Source: a virus
Lineage: Duplodnaviria > Caudoviricetes
Virus record (IMG/VR): IMGVR_UViG_3300025168_000089
Coordinates: 1-61,151 of that record
Strand: one strand, 5' to 3'
Length of the DNA: 61,151 bases
The position numbers were made by a program, and so were the translations under genes. This document shows, piece after piece, positions 1-10,282 of this stretch (the stretch's first letter is position 1; every line of letters starts with the position of its first letter). The notes under the pieces were generated by a model that had not been told where the DNA came from, did no database searches, and worked only from the letters and a program-made list of their open reading frames with translations.

Positions 1-23
1 AAAACAGGACCGGGAAGTAGATA

Positions 24-200
24 ATGCCAGTTGATAAAATGGATAGACGATATGGTAAACCAGTTCAAATAGGACTTGCAGGAGAGGGTGCTTTTGGAAC
101 TATGATATCTAACGGAATTAATAATGGAAGAATTACTGCAAAAGAAGGACGAGCATTATTACGATATAGAAAAATGTTAAGTAATAAAAAGAAAAAATAA
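24..200 (+). CDS. small basic hypothetical protein (58 aa, not in ORF track)
   Basis: Own translation MPVDKMDRRYGKPVQIG...SNKKKK; stop overlaps next ATG (TAATG coupling). Confidence 0.55.
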   Translation: MPVDKMDRRYGKPVQIGLAGEGAFGTMISNGINNGRITAKEGRALLRYRKMLSNKKKK

Positions 201-385
201 TGGCTTATAGATTATCAAGTAATAGACAACCTGGCATTAAAAAAGCTAATAAAGGAAAATCTAAAAAAAGCTCAAGAAAATGGCCTGCTACATGGCCTGA
301 ATTATGGAAAGCTTATAATAATAAAGTAGGAAAATTTGCAGATAAAATGGATAAAGTAATGAAAAAAGCTAAAAAGAAAAAATAA
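200..385 (+). CDS. small Lys-rich hypothetical protein
   Basis: 61 aa ORF coupled (TAATG) to both neighbours. Confidence 0.6.
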   Translation: MAYRLSSNRQPGIKKANKGKSKKSSRKWPATWPELWKAYNNKVGKFADKMDKVMKKAKKKK

Positions 386-2715
386 TGGTAGAAGAAGTAA
401 TAAGTTTAGAGGAAGTACAAGTTGAACTTCCCGAAGAAGATATATTAGAAACGGGTGTTGAAATAAATCTTGAAGAAGAAGAATTTATAAATCCATTAGA
501 TACAGATCATTATTCTAATCTTGCAGAAAATATAGATAAACAAAAATTAGGTCGTATTGCTGCAGATTTATTTGATAAATATGAAAGTGATAGATCCAGT
601 CGAAAAGATTGGGCAGATCAATATTCAAAAGGTTTACGCATGCTCGGTGTTATTACTGAAGATAGGTCAGACCCATTTCCAGGTGCATCGGGTGTTCATC
701 ATCCTTTAATGGCAGAAGCTGCTACGCAGTTTCAAGCAAGAGCCATTGCTGAGATGTTTCCTCCTGGCGGACCTGTAAAGACACAGATCATAGGAAAAGT
801 AACTGACGAAAAACTAAAACAGGCAACAAGAGTCCAAGACTTTATGAATTATCAATTAACTCAAGAAATGCCCGAATACTTTAGTGAATTAGATCAGTTA
901 TTATTTTACCTTGCAGTGTCAGGGTCCGCTTTTAAAAAAGTTTATTATGATACTACTTTAGAAAGAGTGCGTTCATCTTTTATACCCGCAGAGGATTTTG
1001 TTATATCTTATGGAAGTAATGATTTAGAAACTTCTGAACGGTATACACAAGTCATGAAAATGACATCAAATGATTTACGAAAATATATAGCATCGGGTTT
1101 TTATAAAGAAATAAAAATTAATAGTGATACTAATGATGACGAAATTAATACAGTCGCTTCTACTATTCATAGATTAGAGGGAGTGTCTGATACATTAGCA
1201 CAAAATACGCATACTGTTTTAGAAATACATTGTGATTATAATATAGAAGATGTAGATAATGAAAATGCAATAGCACTTCCTTATATTATTACTTTAGATA
1301 GTGCATCACAACAAGTATTAGCAATTAGAAGAAACTGGAAAGAAGATGATGAACGTAAGAAAAAAAGAATTTATTATGTACATTATAAATACTTACCAGG
1401 TTTAGGATTTTATGGCTTTGGTTTAATTCACATGATTGGCGGATTACAGCACGCTGCGACAGGAGCACTACGAGCTTTACTTGATTCAGCAGCATTCGCT
1501 AATTTAAATGGCGGATTTAAGGCAAAAGGAGCAAGAATAGAAGGGGGAGATATGACAGTTTCTCCAGGAGCATGGTTAGAAGTTGAAGCGTATGGAGATG
1601 ACTTAAAAAAATCATTTATGCAACTTCCATTTAAAGAACCTTCTCCTACACTAATGCAACTTTTAGGAATTTTAACAGAAGCTGGAAGACGTTTTTCAAG
1701 TATAGCTGATGCTATGGTAGGTGACGCTGCAGGAACTTCACCAGTTGGAACGACTATAGCTCAAATAGAACAAGGAAGTAAGATATTTTCTGCTATCCAT
1801 AAAAGAGTACATCATGCTCAAGGACATGAATTAAAATTAATAGGTGAATTAGACGGTGAATATCTTCCTAATGACTATCCATATGAAGTAATTGGCGATG
1901 AACTGTCTGTAAGAAGATCAGATTTTGATAATAGAATAGATATTATCCCTGTTTCTGACCCTAATATTTTTTCTCAAGCACAGAGAATAGCATTAGCACA
2001 AACTACACTTCAAATGGCTCAACAAGCACCTCAAATTATAGATATAAAAGAAGCATATAAAAGATTAATGTTAGCTTTAGCTTTACCTGATCCAGATTCT
2101 TTAATAATTGATGATGATGATATTATGAGACGTGATCCAGTATCAGAAAATATGGCATTATTAAATGGAAAACCAATAAAAGCTTTCTCAGATCAAAATC
2201 ATGCTGCTCATATGGCAGTACACGAACAATTTATTTCTGATCCTCGTTATGGTGGAAGACCCGAGGCTAAAGAAGCTTTATTAGGACCAATGCTTGCACA
2301 TATAGGAGAACATTTAGCTTTTCAATATCGTCAACAAATGCAAGCTGCAGTTGATCAAGTTTCAGGACAACCTATTCAATTACCAATGCCAGATTTTGAT
2401 GATGATAATAAAAATGAAAATGAACAAGAAATGCCAATCGAAATGGAAAATCAATTAGCTCAATTTGAAGCACAATCAGTTCAACTTCTTGCTGAATCTC
2501 AACCACCAGATCCAGATCAAGTTAAAGAGCAACGTATGGCGGCAAGTGATGAAGCTAATATTGCAATAAAACAAGAAGAAATGAGCATTAGAAAAGAACG
2601 ATTTGTTGCAGGTGAAAAAAATAATGAAAGAACTCAATCTCGAAAAGATAAAGAACTTCAATTAAAAGCTTTGGACATGATGGATAAACAGAAAAATAAA
2701 AAAAGTGGAAAATAA
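385..2715 (+). CDS. portal protein
   Basis: 776 aa; HPLMAEAATQFQARA, GSAFKKVYYD, YLPGLGFYGFGLIH motifs typical of podovirus portals; follows terL on circular map. Confidence 0.9.
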   Translation: MVEEVISLEEVQVELPEEDILETGVEINLEEEEFINPLDTDHYSNLAENIDKQKLGRIAADLFDKYESDRSSRKDWADQYSKGLRMLGVITEDRSDPFPGASGVHHPLMAEAATQFQARAIAEMFPPGGPVKTQIIGKVTDEKLKQATRVQDFMNYQLTQEMPEYFSELDQLLFYLAVSGSAFKKVYYDTTLERVRSSFIPAEDFVISYGSNDLETSERYTQVMKMTSNDLRKYIASGFYKEIKINSDTNDDEINTVASTIHRLEGVSDTLAQNTHTVLEIHCDYNIEDVDNENAIALPYIITLDSASQQVLAIRRNWKEDDERKKKRIYYVHYKYLPGLGFYGFGLIHMIGGLQHAATGALRALLDSAAFANLNGGFKAKGARIEGGDMTVSPGAWLEVEAYGDDLKKSFMQLPFKEPSPTLMQLLGILTEAGRRFSSIADAMVGDAAGTSPVGTTIAQIEQGSKIFSAIHKRVHHAQGHELKLIGELDGEYLPNDYPYEVIGDELSVRRSDFDNRIDIIPVSDPNIFSQAQRIALAQTTLQMAQQAPQIIDIKEAYKRLMLALALPDPDSLIIDDDDIMRRDPVSENMALLNGKPIKAFSDQNHAAHMAVHEQFISDPRYGGRPEAKEALLGPMLAHIGEHLAFQYRQQMQAAVDQVSGQPIQLPMPDFDDDNKNENEQEMPIEMENQLAQFEAQSVQLLAESQPPDPDQVKEQRMAASDEANIAIKQEEMSIRKERFVAGEKNNERTQSRKDKELQLKALDMMDKQKNKKSGK

Positions 2716-2962
2716 AACTAGGCCTACTGGAGAAGAAATAAGAAAAGCTAAAAAATTTCTTCAAAATAAAAAAGTACCTTTAACTTTATTTAAACCCAAT
2801 ACTTTTGCGGCAGCTAGTAAAGAAATAAAACAAAATTTTGATAAAACGTTTAATACTTTATTAAATGTTTATAAATCAGGAAACCCATATTATAAACGGA
2901 GAATAAAAAATGGCACAAATTCCGCCGATACAAGCGATACTACAAGAAATAAAGAAGTATAA
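2705..2962 (+). CDS. hypothetical protein
   Basis: 85 aa ORF, GTG start overlapping portal stop. Confidence 0.5.
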   Translation: MENKTRPTGEEIRKAKKFLQNKKVPLTLFKPNTFAAASKEIKQNFDKTFNTLLNVYKSGNPYYKRRIKNGTNSADTSDTTRNKEV

Positions 2963-3116
2963 AACAGAATTAGCTAGTAAATCACTAGCTCCGGGTTTTG
3001 ATACATTTGAGGTGTATCAGAAAGCAAAAGGAATAGCTGAGGGTTTAGATAAAGCTTCAGATATTTGTATAGAAATTGAGAAACGTTATATTCAAGGAGA
3101 TGATACGGATGATTAG
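2910..3116 (+). CDS. hypothetical head-module protein
   Basis: 68 aa, GGAG SD upstream, typical small gene before phage groES. Confidence 0.7.
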   Translation: MAQIPPIQAILQEIKKYKTELASKSLAPGFDTFEVYQKAKGIAEGLDKASDICIEIEKRYIQGDDTDD

Positions 3117-3483
3117 AAATGAAGATTGGTTTACTGACGAAGATATAAAAGATCCAAATGAAAAAGATTTACCTATTCCCTGTGGTTGGAGAATTTTAGT
3201 TAGACCAGCTGGTTCAATTAGAAAAACTAAAGGCGGAATTATATTAACTGAAAAAAATCTTTCAGAACAACAATATTTAAATTCAAAAGGTAGAGTTATA
3301 GCTATGGGAAGTGAGTGTTACAGCAATAGAAACACAAATTGGTGTACATCAGGAGACCATATTGTATATAGTAGATACGCAGGGTCAAAAATTGACATTA
3401 AAGGTGTTAAGTTGATTTTGTTAAATGATGACGAAGTATTGGCTGTATTACCAAATCCAGATGCGATAACTCAGAATCTTTAA
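3109..3483 (+). CDS. groES: co-chaperonin GroES (Cpn10)
   Basis: PCGWRILVRP...KTKGGIIL...GRVIAMG...GDHIVYSRYAG...LLNDDEVLAV; start moved to ATG 3109 behind AAGGAG. Confidence 0.92.
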   Translation: MIRNEDWFTDEDIKDPNEKDLPIPCGWRILVRPAGSIRKTKGGIILTEKNLSEQQYLNSKGRVIAMGSECYSNRNTNWCTSGDHIVYSRYAGSKIDIKGVKLILLNDDEVLAVLPNPDAITQNL

Positions 3484-3522
3484 TACGCACTTGTTGCGAC
3501 AATACATAGGGAGAAAAAAACT

Positions 3523-4434
3523 ATGACAGACGATATAAAAGATATTACCCCTGATAATGAAATCGAGGTAAAAATACTTGAAGATGACGTTGATAAATTA
3601 AAAGAGGATAATCCTCTTGAAATTAATCAAGAAGAAAAACCTCAACAATCCGCCGAACCAGAAGATTTAAGTAAAACAGTTGAATCTTTAAAAGGTGAAT
3701 TAGAGGAAATAAAAAAAGAACCTTATAGTGCTCGTGTAAAAACTCGAATTGCTAAAGAAGTTTCAAAACGAAAAGCAGAAGAAGATAAAACACGATTACT
3801 TGAAGAAAGGTTAGCTAAATTAGAAAGTGCTGCTCAAACTCAAGATAAAAATACTCTTGAAAATCAATATCAAACAGTTTCAAAAGATTTAAAAGAAGCT
3901 ATTGAAGGTGGAGATACTGAAAAGCAAGTAAAACTAATGGATGAAATGGCTGATGTGAGAAATAAAATTCAAACAGTTAAACAAACTCCTCCAGAAGTTA
4001 AACCTCAAACTCCAGTCGTTCCAGAAATGGCAAAAGAGTGGATTCAAAATAATTCTCATTGGTGGAATAAACCAGGGAATAGAGCAGCAACTCAAACAGC
4101 GTTTGGAATTGATGCAGATTTAACAGAAGAAGGATATGATGTTGCTGAACCTGAATATTATACAGAAATGGATAAAAGAATGAGCAAATTATACCCAGAA
4201 CTGGTTAAACCACCAGAAAGTTCTGTTCAAAGTGAACAAAAAGATGTAGAAAATAAACCAAGAGTGCAATCACCTGTAGCCGGTGTTTCTCGATCAAATC
4301 AAGGAACCGCTAAAAGTGTAAGATTGACAAGTGATGATTTACAGAACGCTGTTACGTTCGGTATTGATATTAATGATCCATCCGCACTAAAGAGATACGC
4401 AAAAGAACTTGCAAATCTCAACACGGGAACATAG
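3523..4434 (+). CDS. capsid scaffolding protein
   Basis: Acidic coiled-coil 303 aa between portal and capsid; C-terminal ...KRYAKE helix. Confidence 0.75.
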   Translation: MTDDIKDITPDNEIEVKILEDDVDKLKEDNPLEINQEEKPQQSAEPEDLSKTVESLKGELEEIKKEPYSARVKTRIAKEVSKRKAEEDKTRLLEERLAKLESAAQTQDKNTLENQYQTVSKDLKEAIEGGDTEKQVKLMDEMADVRNKIQTVKQTPPEVKPQTPVVPEMAKEWIQNNSHWWNKPGNRAATQTAFGIDADLTEEGYDVAEPEYYTEMDKRMSKLYPELVKPPESSVQSEQKDVENKPRVQSPVAGVSRSNQGTAKSVRLTSDDLQNAVTFGIDINDPSALKRYAKELANLNTGT

Positions 4435-4444
4435 GAGCCTGATT

Positions 4445-4912
4445 ATGACAAAAGAAAAAAGCACTTCTCTAAAAATAGAGAGAGAAACACGTGATGAGAG
4501 TACACGAATCAAAGAGTGGAAACCACCCTCTTTACTAGAAGCACCACCAGCTCGGCCTGGCTACAAGCAGAGATGGATTGCAACTAAAATACTTGGAGTA
4601 GATAACCCTACGAACTGGGCTAAGCGCCGACGTGAAGGTTGGGAACCAAGAAAACCTGAGACTATTACTGATACAGGATTTCATGCACCAACAATAGAAC
4701 ATGGGCAATATAGCGGGTTTATAGGAATCGAAGGTATGGTACTGTGCGAAATGCCAGAAGAAATGGTTAACCAGCGAAATGCTTACTATCAGAGCAAAAC
4801 AGATGCTCAGATGGAAAGTGTTAAAAGTGACTTACATAGAGCTGAGTCCCCTGGAAATCCAATTCACCGAGACCATAAAACCAGTGTTACTAGAGGTGGA
4901 ATCAAAGAATAA
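4445..4912 (+). CDS. conserved head-module protein
   Basis: WKPPSLLEAPPARPGYKQRWI...REGWEP motif; ATG 4445 behind AGGAG. Confidence 0.7.
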   Translation: MTKEKSTSLKIERETRDESTRIKEWKPPSLLEAPPARPGYKQRWIATKILGVDNPTNWAKRRREGWEPRKPETITDTGFHAPTIEHGQYSGFIGIEGMVLCEMPEEMVNQRNAYYQSKTDAQMESVKSDLHRAESPGNPIHRDHKTSVTRGGIKE

Positions 4913-4938
4913 CGTGGCATAGCTAAAAAGGAAATATT

Positions 4939-5508
4939 ATGGCTAATACAGACGCACCTAGTGGTTTTACACCACTAAGACACCTTACGGGTGGCGTTAT
5001 ACGTGCCAACGAATATGAAATTGCCAACTCGCAGGCAGATATTTTTTCTTATGGTGACATAGTCACTATGGATGGATCTGGCCAACTTGATGGTTTTGCC
5101 AATAACGTAAATGCTATTGGAATTTTTTATGGCGTTGAATATATCGATGACGCAACAGGTAATGTTGAGTTCGTTAAACGTTGGAAGAGTGGTACTACAG
5201 TGAAAGCTGGAACTACACCTAAAGCATATGTTTATGACGATCCAAACATTACTTTTTCAGTACAAGCAGGCAATGGGGCCTTTACACAAGCAAATGTGGG
5301 AGAACTTTGCAATGTGTTATTAACAGCATCAACAACTCCTTACTTCCATTCAAGACATGAAGCAGACATGGCTACTTTAGCCACTACTGCAAAAGTGTTA
5401 AGAATTTTAAGAGTTGAGAATATACCTGGGAACGAAACAGCGGCAGACGCTAAAATAGAGGTTGTAATTAACAACCACTTGTTCGGTACTCAGAATGCGG
5501 GAATATAG
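4939..5508 (+). CDS. capsid decoration/cement protein
   Basis: MANTDAPSGFTP...YVYDDPN; immediately upstream of major capsid gene. Confidence 0.65.
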   Translation: MANTDAPSGFTPLRHLTGGVIRANEYEIANSQADIFSYGDIVTMDGSGQLDGFANNVNAIGIFYGVEYIDDATGNVEFVKRWKSGTTVKAGTTPKAYVYDDPNITFSVQAGNGAFTQANVGELCNVLLTASTTPYFHSRHEADMATLATTAKVLRILRVENIPGNETAADAKIEVVINNHLFGTQNAGI

Positions 5509-5517
5509 GGGAATAGT

Positions 5518-6435
5518 ATGGCATTAAATAGATCATTATTTACAAAGCAGCTAAACCTCGGTCTAAACACTATTTTTGGTATGGAGTACGATATGTACCC
5601 AGAACAGTGGAGACAAGTATTTAGCACAGAAACATCCAAAAAAGCATTTGAAGAAGATGTTCAAATGTATGGATTCGGAGCAGCTCCGGTTAAAGCTGAA
5701 GGCGCAGCTATCTCTTATGATAGTGGTGCTGAAGGTATCGTTGCAAGATACGTTCATGAAACTATCGCACTTGCTTTTGCAATTACTGAAGAAGCAGAGG
5801 AAGATGGGCTTTATGGATCATTAGGGGCAAAATATGCGAAAGCACTTGCTCGTTCTATGCAACATACTAAAGAAATAAAAGGTATGAACGTTCTTAATAA
5901 CGGTTTCTCAACCTCAACAACACCAGTATTTGGTGGAGATGGAAAAACGTTAATAGCAACTGATCACCCTCTTGGTGGCGGTGGTACAGGTTCAAACCAA
6001 TTAGCAACTAATGCAGACTTAACAGAAACTTCTCTTGAAGCAATGTTAATTCTCATTTCTGAGATGAAAGATGATAGGGGAATTCCTATTGCAGCTCAGG
6101 GCATGAAGCTAGTGGTTCCACCTGAAATAATGTTCGTAGCTGAAAGAATTGTTGCAAGTAACCTAAGACCAGGTACTGCTGACAATGACGTCAACGCAAT
6201 GAAAAATATGGGAATGATCCCACAAGGTGTTGCAGTTAATCAAAGATTGACTGACCCTGATGCGTACTTCATGATTACTGATGTACCTGATGGACTAAAA
6301 CATTTTGTAAGACGTGCTATCAAAAAATCTGTTGAAGGAGATTTTGAATCAGGCAACTTGCGTTATAAAGTTTCTGAACGATATTCATTCGGTTTCACCG
6401 ATTGGAGAGGTTGTTTCGGAACTCCGGGCGCATAA
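5518..6435 (+). CDS. major capsid protein
   Basis: MALNRSLFTKQLNLGLNTIFGMEY, HETIALAFAITEEA, ERYSFGFTDWRGCFGTPGA; followed by terminator. Confidence 0.92.
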   Translation: MALNRSLFTKQLNLGLNTIFGMEYDMYPEQWRQVFSTETSKKAFEEDVQMYGFGAAPVKAEGAAISYDSGAEGIVARYVHETIALAFAITEEAEEDGLYGSLGAKYAKALARSMQHTKEIKGMNVLNNGFSTSTTPVFGGDGKTLIATDHPLGGGGTGSNQLATNADLTETSLEAMLILISEMKDDRGIPIAAQGMKLVVPPEIMFVAERIVASNLRPGTADNDVNAMKNMGMIPQGVAVNQRLTDPDAYFMITDVPDGLKHFVRRAIKKSVEGDFESGNLRYKVSERYSFGFTDWRGCFGTPGA

Positions 6436-6446
6436 GAAAATTAATT

Positions 6447-6476
6447 AAAAAAGGGCGGAATAGTTTCGCCCTTTTT
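6447..6476 (+). terminator. intrinsic terminator after capsid gene
   Basis: AAAAAGGGCGGA/TTCGCCCTTTTT stem-loop with T tract. Confidence 0.85.
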
Positions 6477-6516
6477 ATCCCAAAGACTTAAACGACTACT
6501 AATAAGGAGGTAGACA

Positions 6517-6993
6517 ATGGGAACAACTACTTTTTCTGGTCCTATAAAGGCTGGAACAATTAAAAATACTACAGGTACTACACTTGGTACTGACGTTAAA
6601 AATACTGGTCAAGTTGTAATGGCACAGACATTTTCAACAGGTACTTCTCTTGCGAGTGGTGCTTCTGCTGCAAATGCAACTACTGTTGTAATACCAGCTA
6701 ATTCACAAATCATTGATATAGTTCTTGATAAACCTACTGTAATGGCGGGTGCTACATGTGTTTTTAGCATTGGTGATACAGTTGGAGGTAACGCTACTTT
6801 TATCAACGCATATTCAGTTACAATCGCTTCTGGCGTTGGACGAGCATATCCAACAACTGAAGCTGGCGGTGCTTTAGCATGGGCTGATACAGGAACTGCG
6901 GATAAAAAATTAACATGGACTAGTGCCGGTGCTACAAGTGCTGGTGAAATTAGAGCTACTATTTTGTATCAACAAAATAATAACTTAGCATAG
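6517..6993 (+). CDS. virion structural protein (minor capsid/decoration-like)
   Basis: MGTTTFSGPIKAG start, Thr/Ala/Gly-rich, AAGGAGG SD. Confidence 0.7.
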   Translation: MGTTTFSGPIKAGTIKNTTGTTLGTDVKNTGQVVMAQTFSTGTSLASGASAANATTVVIPANSQIIDIVLDKPTVMAGATCVFSIGDTVGGNATFINAYSVTIASGVGRAYPTTEAGGALAWADTGTADKKLTWTSAGATSAGEIRATILYQQNNNLA

Positions 6994-7001
6994 AATAAAG
7001 G

Positions 7002-7023
7002 AAGTGGCTCTTCGGAGCCACTT
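7002..7023 (+). promoter_or_regulatory. cUUCGg tetraloop hairpin between SD and start codon
   Basis: AAGTGGCTC-TTCG-GAGCCACTT perfect 9 bp stem. Confidence 0.8.
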
Positions 7024-7030
7024 TAATATT

Positions 7031-7447
7031 ATGGCAGAACAACAAAGATTTTCAAAAATTTCAACTTTAATGAATGCTATTTTTGGTAATAGTACTCCTG
7101 ATCAATCTATACCCGGACATGAAATGTCAGAAAATGATATGATAGCTCAAAAAGCAAACGATAAAAAACTTCGTAAAGATACTTTTAAAAAAATGTTAGC
7201 TGCTTCTCAAAAAGCTACAGAAGAACAAGGAAATGAAATGATTAAAGGAGTTAAACTTCAACTAGGTGGAAATCCATATGATTTAAGTTCAGTTAAAATA
7301 AGACCTATGGAAAGTAGAAACAGTCCTTTATTTGCAAGCTTAAATGATATACAATCAGGTAATATGAAAAATATGGGAGAGAATCAAGGAAGTTTAATGA
7401 AAGCTTTGTATGGCGATAATCTTCCACAAACAGTAAATAGGAGATAA
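7031..7447 (+). CDS. hypothetical protein
   Basis: ORF track 7004-7447; GTG 7004 is buried in the hairpin so ATG 7031 preferred. Confidence 0.65.
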   Translation: MAEQQRFSKISTLMNAIFGNSTPDQSIPGHEMSENDMIAQKANDKKLRKDTFKKMLAASQKATEEQGNEMIKGVKLQLGGNPYDLSSVKIRPMESRNSPLFASLNDIQSGNMKNMGENQGSLMKALYGDNLPQTVNRR

Positions 7448-7449
7448 GT

Positions 7450-7761
7450 ATGATTTCAGACGTTAAACAGGCAACTTTAGTTGCAGATGGACGTTTTCAA
7501 AATAACCATGCTGGCGCAGGAACATATATTGGTCGTTCACGTTTGAAAGGCGTAACTGGAAGATGTGATTCAGCGGCAACTGCACAAATAAAATTATATG
7601 ACGGTACTGACGCAACGGGTACTTTAAAATATCATTTATATTGGGGAGCAGCTGCTGGAGATATGTATCAAGAATATATTTCTGATGACGGCATATTATT
7701 TGAAAATGGCATTTTTGCAGATTTAATTAACTGTAACGCAGCGTCAATTATTTGGGGCTAA
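7450..7761 (+). CDS. small virion structural protein
   Basis: 103 aa beta-rich, DDGILFENGIF motif, structural operon. Confidence 0.65.
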   Translation: MISDVKQATLVADGRFQNNHAGAGTYIGRSRLKGVTGRCDSAATAQIKLYDGTDATGTLKYHLYWGAAAGDMYQEYISDDGILFENGIFADLINCNAASIIWG

Positions 7762-8448
7762 ATGGCTGTTTCAGGGACAACTGCATTTAGCTTAACAGTT
7801 AATGATTGCATAATTGAAGCTTTAGATAGAATTGGCGGATCACCAGTTCTTGGGTATGATGTAAAATCAGCTCGAAGAAGTTTAAATTTAATGTTTACTG
7901 ATTGGGCTAATAGAGGTCTTAATCAATGGACGTTAGATAAACAAACTGTAACAATGATTACAGGGGACGTAACATATTCATTAGGATCAAGTACTATTGG
8001 ATTAGTTGACGTCTATATTACACGAGATTCCACAGATTATGGAATGAATGAAATTTCTCTTACAGACTATAACGTTTATCCTAATAAAGTAGAACAAGGT
8101 AGACCTAGTCAATATTATTTACAAAAAGATTTAGACCCTATTTTATATATTTATCCAGCTCCAGAAAATAACACTGATGTTATTACTTATTGGAGATTAA
8201 AAAAAATAGATGATATTACAGCTTCTACAGTGAGTGGAACTGAACAAACTTTTGAAGTACCATCAAGATTTTATGAAGCTATGACTTCGGGCTTAGCTTA
8301 TTATATGAGTTTAAAACGTGCAGGAGTTGATCCTAATAGGTCAATGTTTTTAAAACAAATGTATGATGAATCTTTTATTAGAGCTAGAGATTCTGATTTA
8401 AATTCGTCAGTTAATATAGTTCCAAATTATGGCGTCAATTTCTACTAA
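7762..8448 (+). CDS. head-tail adaptor / tail tubular protein
   Basis: SARRSLNLMFTDWANRGLNQW, GRPSQYY, YIYPAP motifs. Confidence 0.75.
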   Translation: MAVSGTTAFSLTVNDCIIEALDRIGGSPVLGYDVKSARRSLNLMFTDWANRGLNQWTLDKQTVTMITGDVTYSLGSSTIGLVDVYITRDSTDYGMNEISLTDYNVYPNKVEQGRPSQYYLQKDLDPILYIYPAPENNTDVITYWRLKKIDDITASTVSGTEQTFEVPSRFYEAMTSGLAYYMSLKRAGVDPNRSMFLKQMYDESFIRARDSDLNSSVNIVPNYGVNFY

Positions 8449-8821
8449 AAAAGGAGGTAAAGCTCCAACACAAAAATATGCTAATGGGAAATGGGCGTAT
8501 GCTATATCTGATAGAAGTGGTTTACAATTTCCTTACAATGAAATGGTTAAAGAATGGACAGGGGCATTAGTTCATTCATCAGAGTGGGAAGAAAAACAAC
8601 CTCAACTTGATCCAATTGTATATACTGATGCGACAGCTTTAAAAAATCCTCGACCACCAGTAAATATGTTTACAGGTAATATTCCTGAACCCACAGGAGT
8701 ACCTAATCAAATTACGAATGTATTTCCTGGCACATTTGGTGCTACAGGACTTTCATTCCCAATGTCTACAGGAGAACAAATAAATGCCAGCATCGGAAAC
8801 GTCACAGTTATCATTAGTTGA
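8429..8821 (+). CDS. conserved virion-module protein
   Basis: YAISDRSGLQFPYNEMVKEWTG...EEKQPQL motif. Confidence 0.65.
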   Translation: MASISTKKGGKAPTQKYANGKWAYAISDRSGLQFPYNEMVKEWTGALVHSSEWEEKQPQLDPIVYTDATALKNPRPPVNMFTGNIPEPTGVPNQITNVFPGTFGATGLSFPMSTGEQINASIGNVTVIIS

Positions 8822-9620
8822 TAAAGTTTATGATTTTAAAAAAGTAGTACTAATGGTAGGAACACCATGTTATGGTGGTTTATTACATGAAGCTTATATG
8901 CATTCTTTTTTAAGAACTCAAAAAGAAGCTGAAACTAAAGGATACAGACTTCATTTAAATTCAATGGGAAATGAAAGTTTAATAACTAGAGCTAGAAATA
9001 CCATAGTTTCTCAGTTTTTAAATCAAGAAAACTTAACTCATTTATTATTTATAGATGCTGATATAGCCTGGCAAGCTGAAACTGTTACTCGTATGTTATC
9101 AGTAGATGAAGAAGTAGTAGCAGCTATATATCCAAGGAAAGGTTTAGAGTGGCAACATGTAGAAAAGTATGTTAAATCTGCTCCAAATGATTTAAAAAAT
9201 TTAGAACAAAAACTATTAGGTTATAATTTAAATTTTAAAGATCCACACAATATACCAATGTATCAAGGTGGATTTGTAGAGGTATTAGATGCAGCTACTG
9301 GTTTTATGATGATAAAAAGAGAAGCAATTTTAAAGATGATAGAAGCGTATCCAGAATTAAAATATACATCAGATCAGATGTTAAATGGTGGTTTATATAC
9401 AAGTGATAATTGTTATGCTTTTTTTGATACTATGATTGATCCAGTAAGTAATAGATATTTAAGTGAAGATTATGCTTTTTGCCGTTTATGGCAAAAAATA
9501 GGGGGAAAAATATATGCAGATGTGGCGAGTTCATTAACTCATTACGGAACATATTCTTTTAAAGGAAATGTCTCGCATAAATTTGCAGAACAAGATAAGA
9601 TAGAAGATAATGGCAACTAA
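8784..9620 (+). CDS. GT-A fold glycosyltransferase-like protein
   Basis: GTPCYGG, ESLITRARN, LFIDADI (DxD), ATGFMMIKR, LSEDYAFC, LTHYG. Confidence 0.75.
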   Translation: MPASETSQLSLVDKVYDFKKVVLMVGTPCYGGLLHEAYMHSFLRTQKEAETKGYRLHLNSMGNESLITRARNTIVSQFLNQENLTHLLFIDADIAWQAETVTRMLSVDEEVVAAIYPRKGLEWQHVEKYVKSAPNDLKNLEQKLLGYNLNFKDPHNIPMYQGGFVEVLDAATGFMMIKREAILKMIEAYPELKYTSDQMLNGGLYTSDNCYAFFDTMIDPVSNRYLSEDYAFCRLWQKIGGKIYADVASSLTHYGTYSFKGNVSHKFAEQDKIEDNGN

Positions 9621-10266
9621 TTATACAACATTAAAAAGTGATATACAAACTTGGTCTCAGAATACTGGAACTGATTTTACAGCACAATTAGATACTTTTA
9701 TTACTAATGCTCAACAAGAATTAATACGATTAATTGATCCTGAGCAATTAACATTTCATGCATTTAGCACATTTAATACAGGGACTCAATTTTTAACTAC
9801 TCCTGCAAATACTTTAATAGTTAAAAGTTTACAGTACACTAATGCTAGTAGCGAAAGAGTTATGATGGAGATTCAAACTGATGAATTTATAAGAGAATAT
9901 TGGCCTAATCCTACTCTTACAGGACAACCTAAATATTTTGCTAATTATAATGATGGTAATGTTTTAATAGCACCTACACCAGTTTCAAATTATACTGTAT
10001 ATATGGAATATGTACAAAATATTGCTGATTTATCAGCGAGCAATACTACTAATTACTTAACTGATAACGTATCAGATTTGTTATTGTATTCTTGTTTAGC
10101 AGAAGCAGCAGTTTTTACTAAAAGTTTAGAGGATTATAGTATATATAAATCTAAAGTTACGGAGTCAGTCGCTACTCTCAATAATGAGGCTAGGAGACGA
10201 AGAAGAACTGATTATAAATTCCCTGCCAGTCCTGCTGGTGCGGATACATTAACAGGCGGCCAATAA
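9610..10266 (+). CDS. second adaptor / tail tubular-like protein
   Basis: MATNYTTLKSDIQTW, GQPKYFA, IAPTP, LLLYSCLAEA motifs. Confidence 0.7.
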   Translation: MATNYTTLKSDIQTWSQNTGTDFTAQLDTFITNAQQELIRLIDPEQLTFHAFSTFNTGTQFLTTPANTLIVKSLQYTNASSERVMMEIQTDEFIREYWPNPTLTGQPKYFANYNDGNVLIAPTPVSNYTVYMEYVQNIADLSASNTTNYLTDNVSDLLLYSCLAEAAVFTKSLEDYSIYKSKVTESVATLNNEARRRRRTDYKFPASPAGADTLTGGQ

Positions 10267-10282
10267 AGGAGGGCTAAATATT

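Noticed and set aside
7004-7030. GTG start for the 7004 ORF
   Set aside because: Only 1 nt from the SD and buried in a stable hairpin
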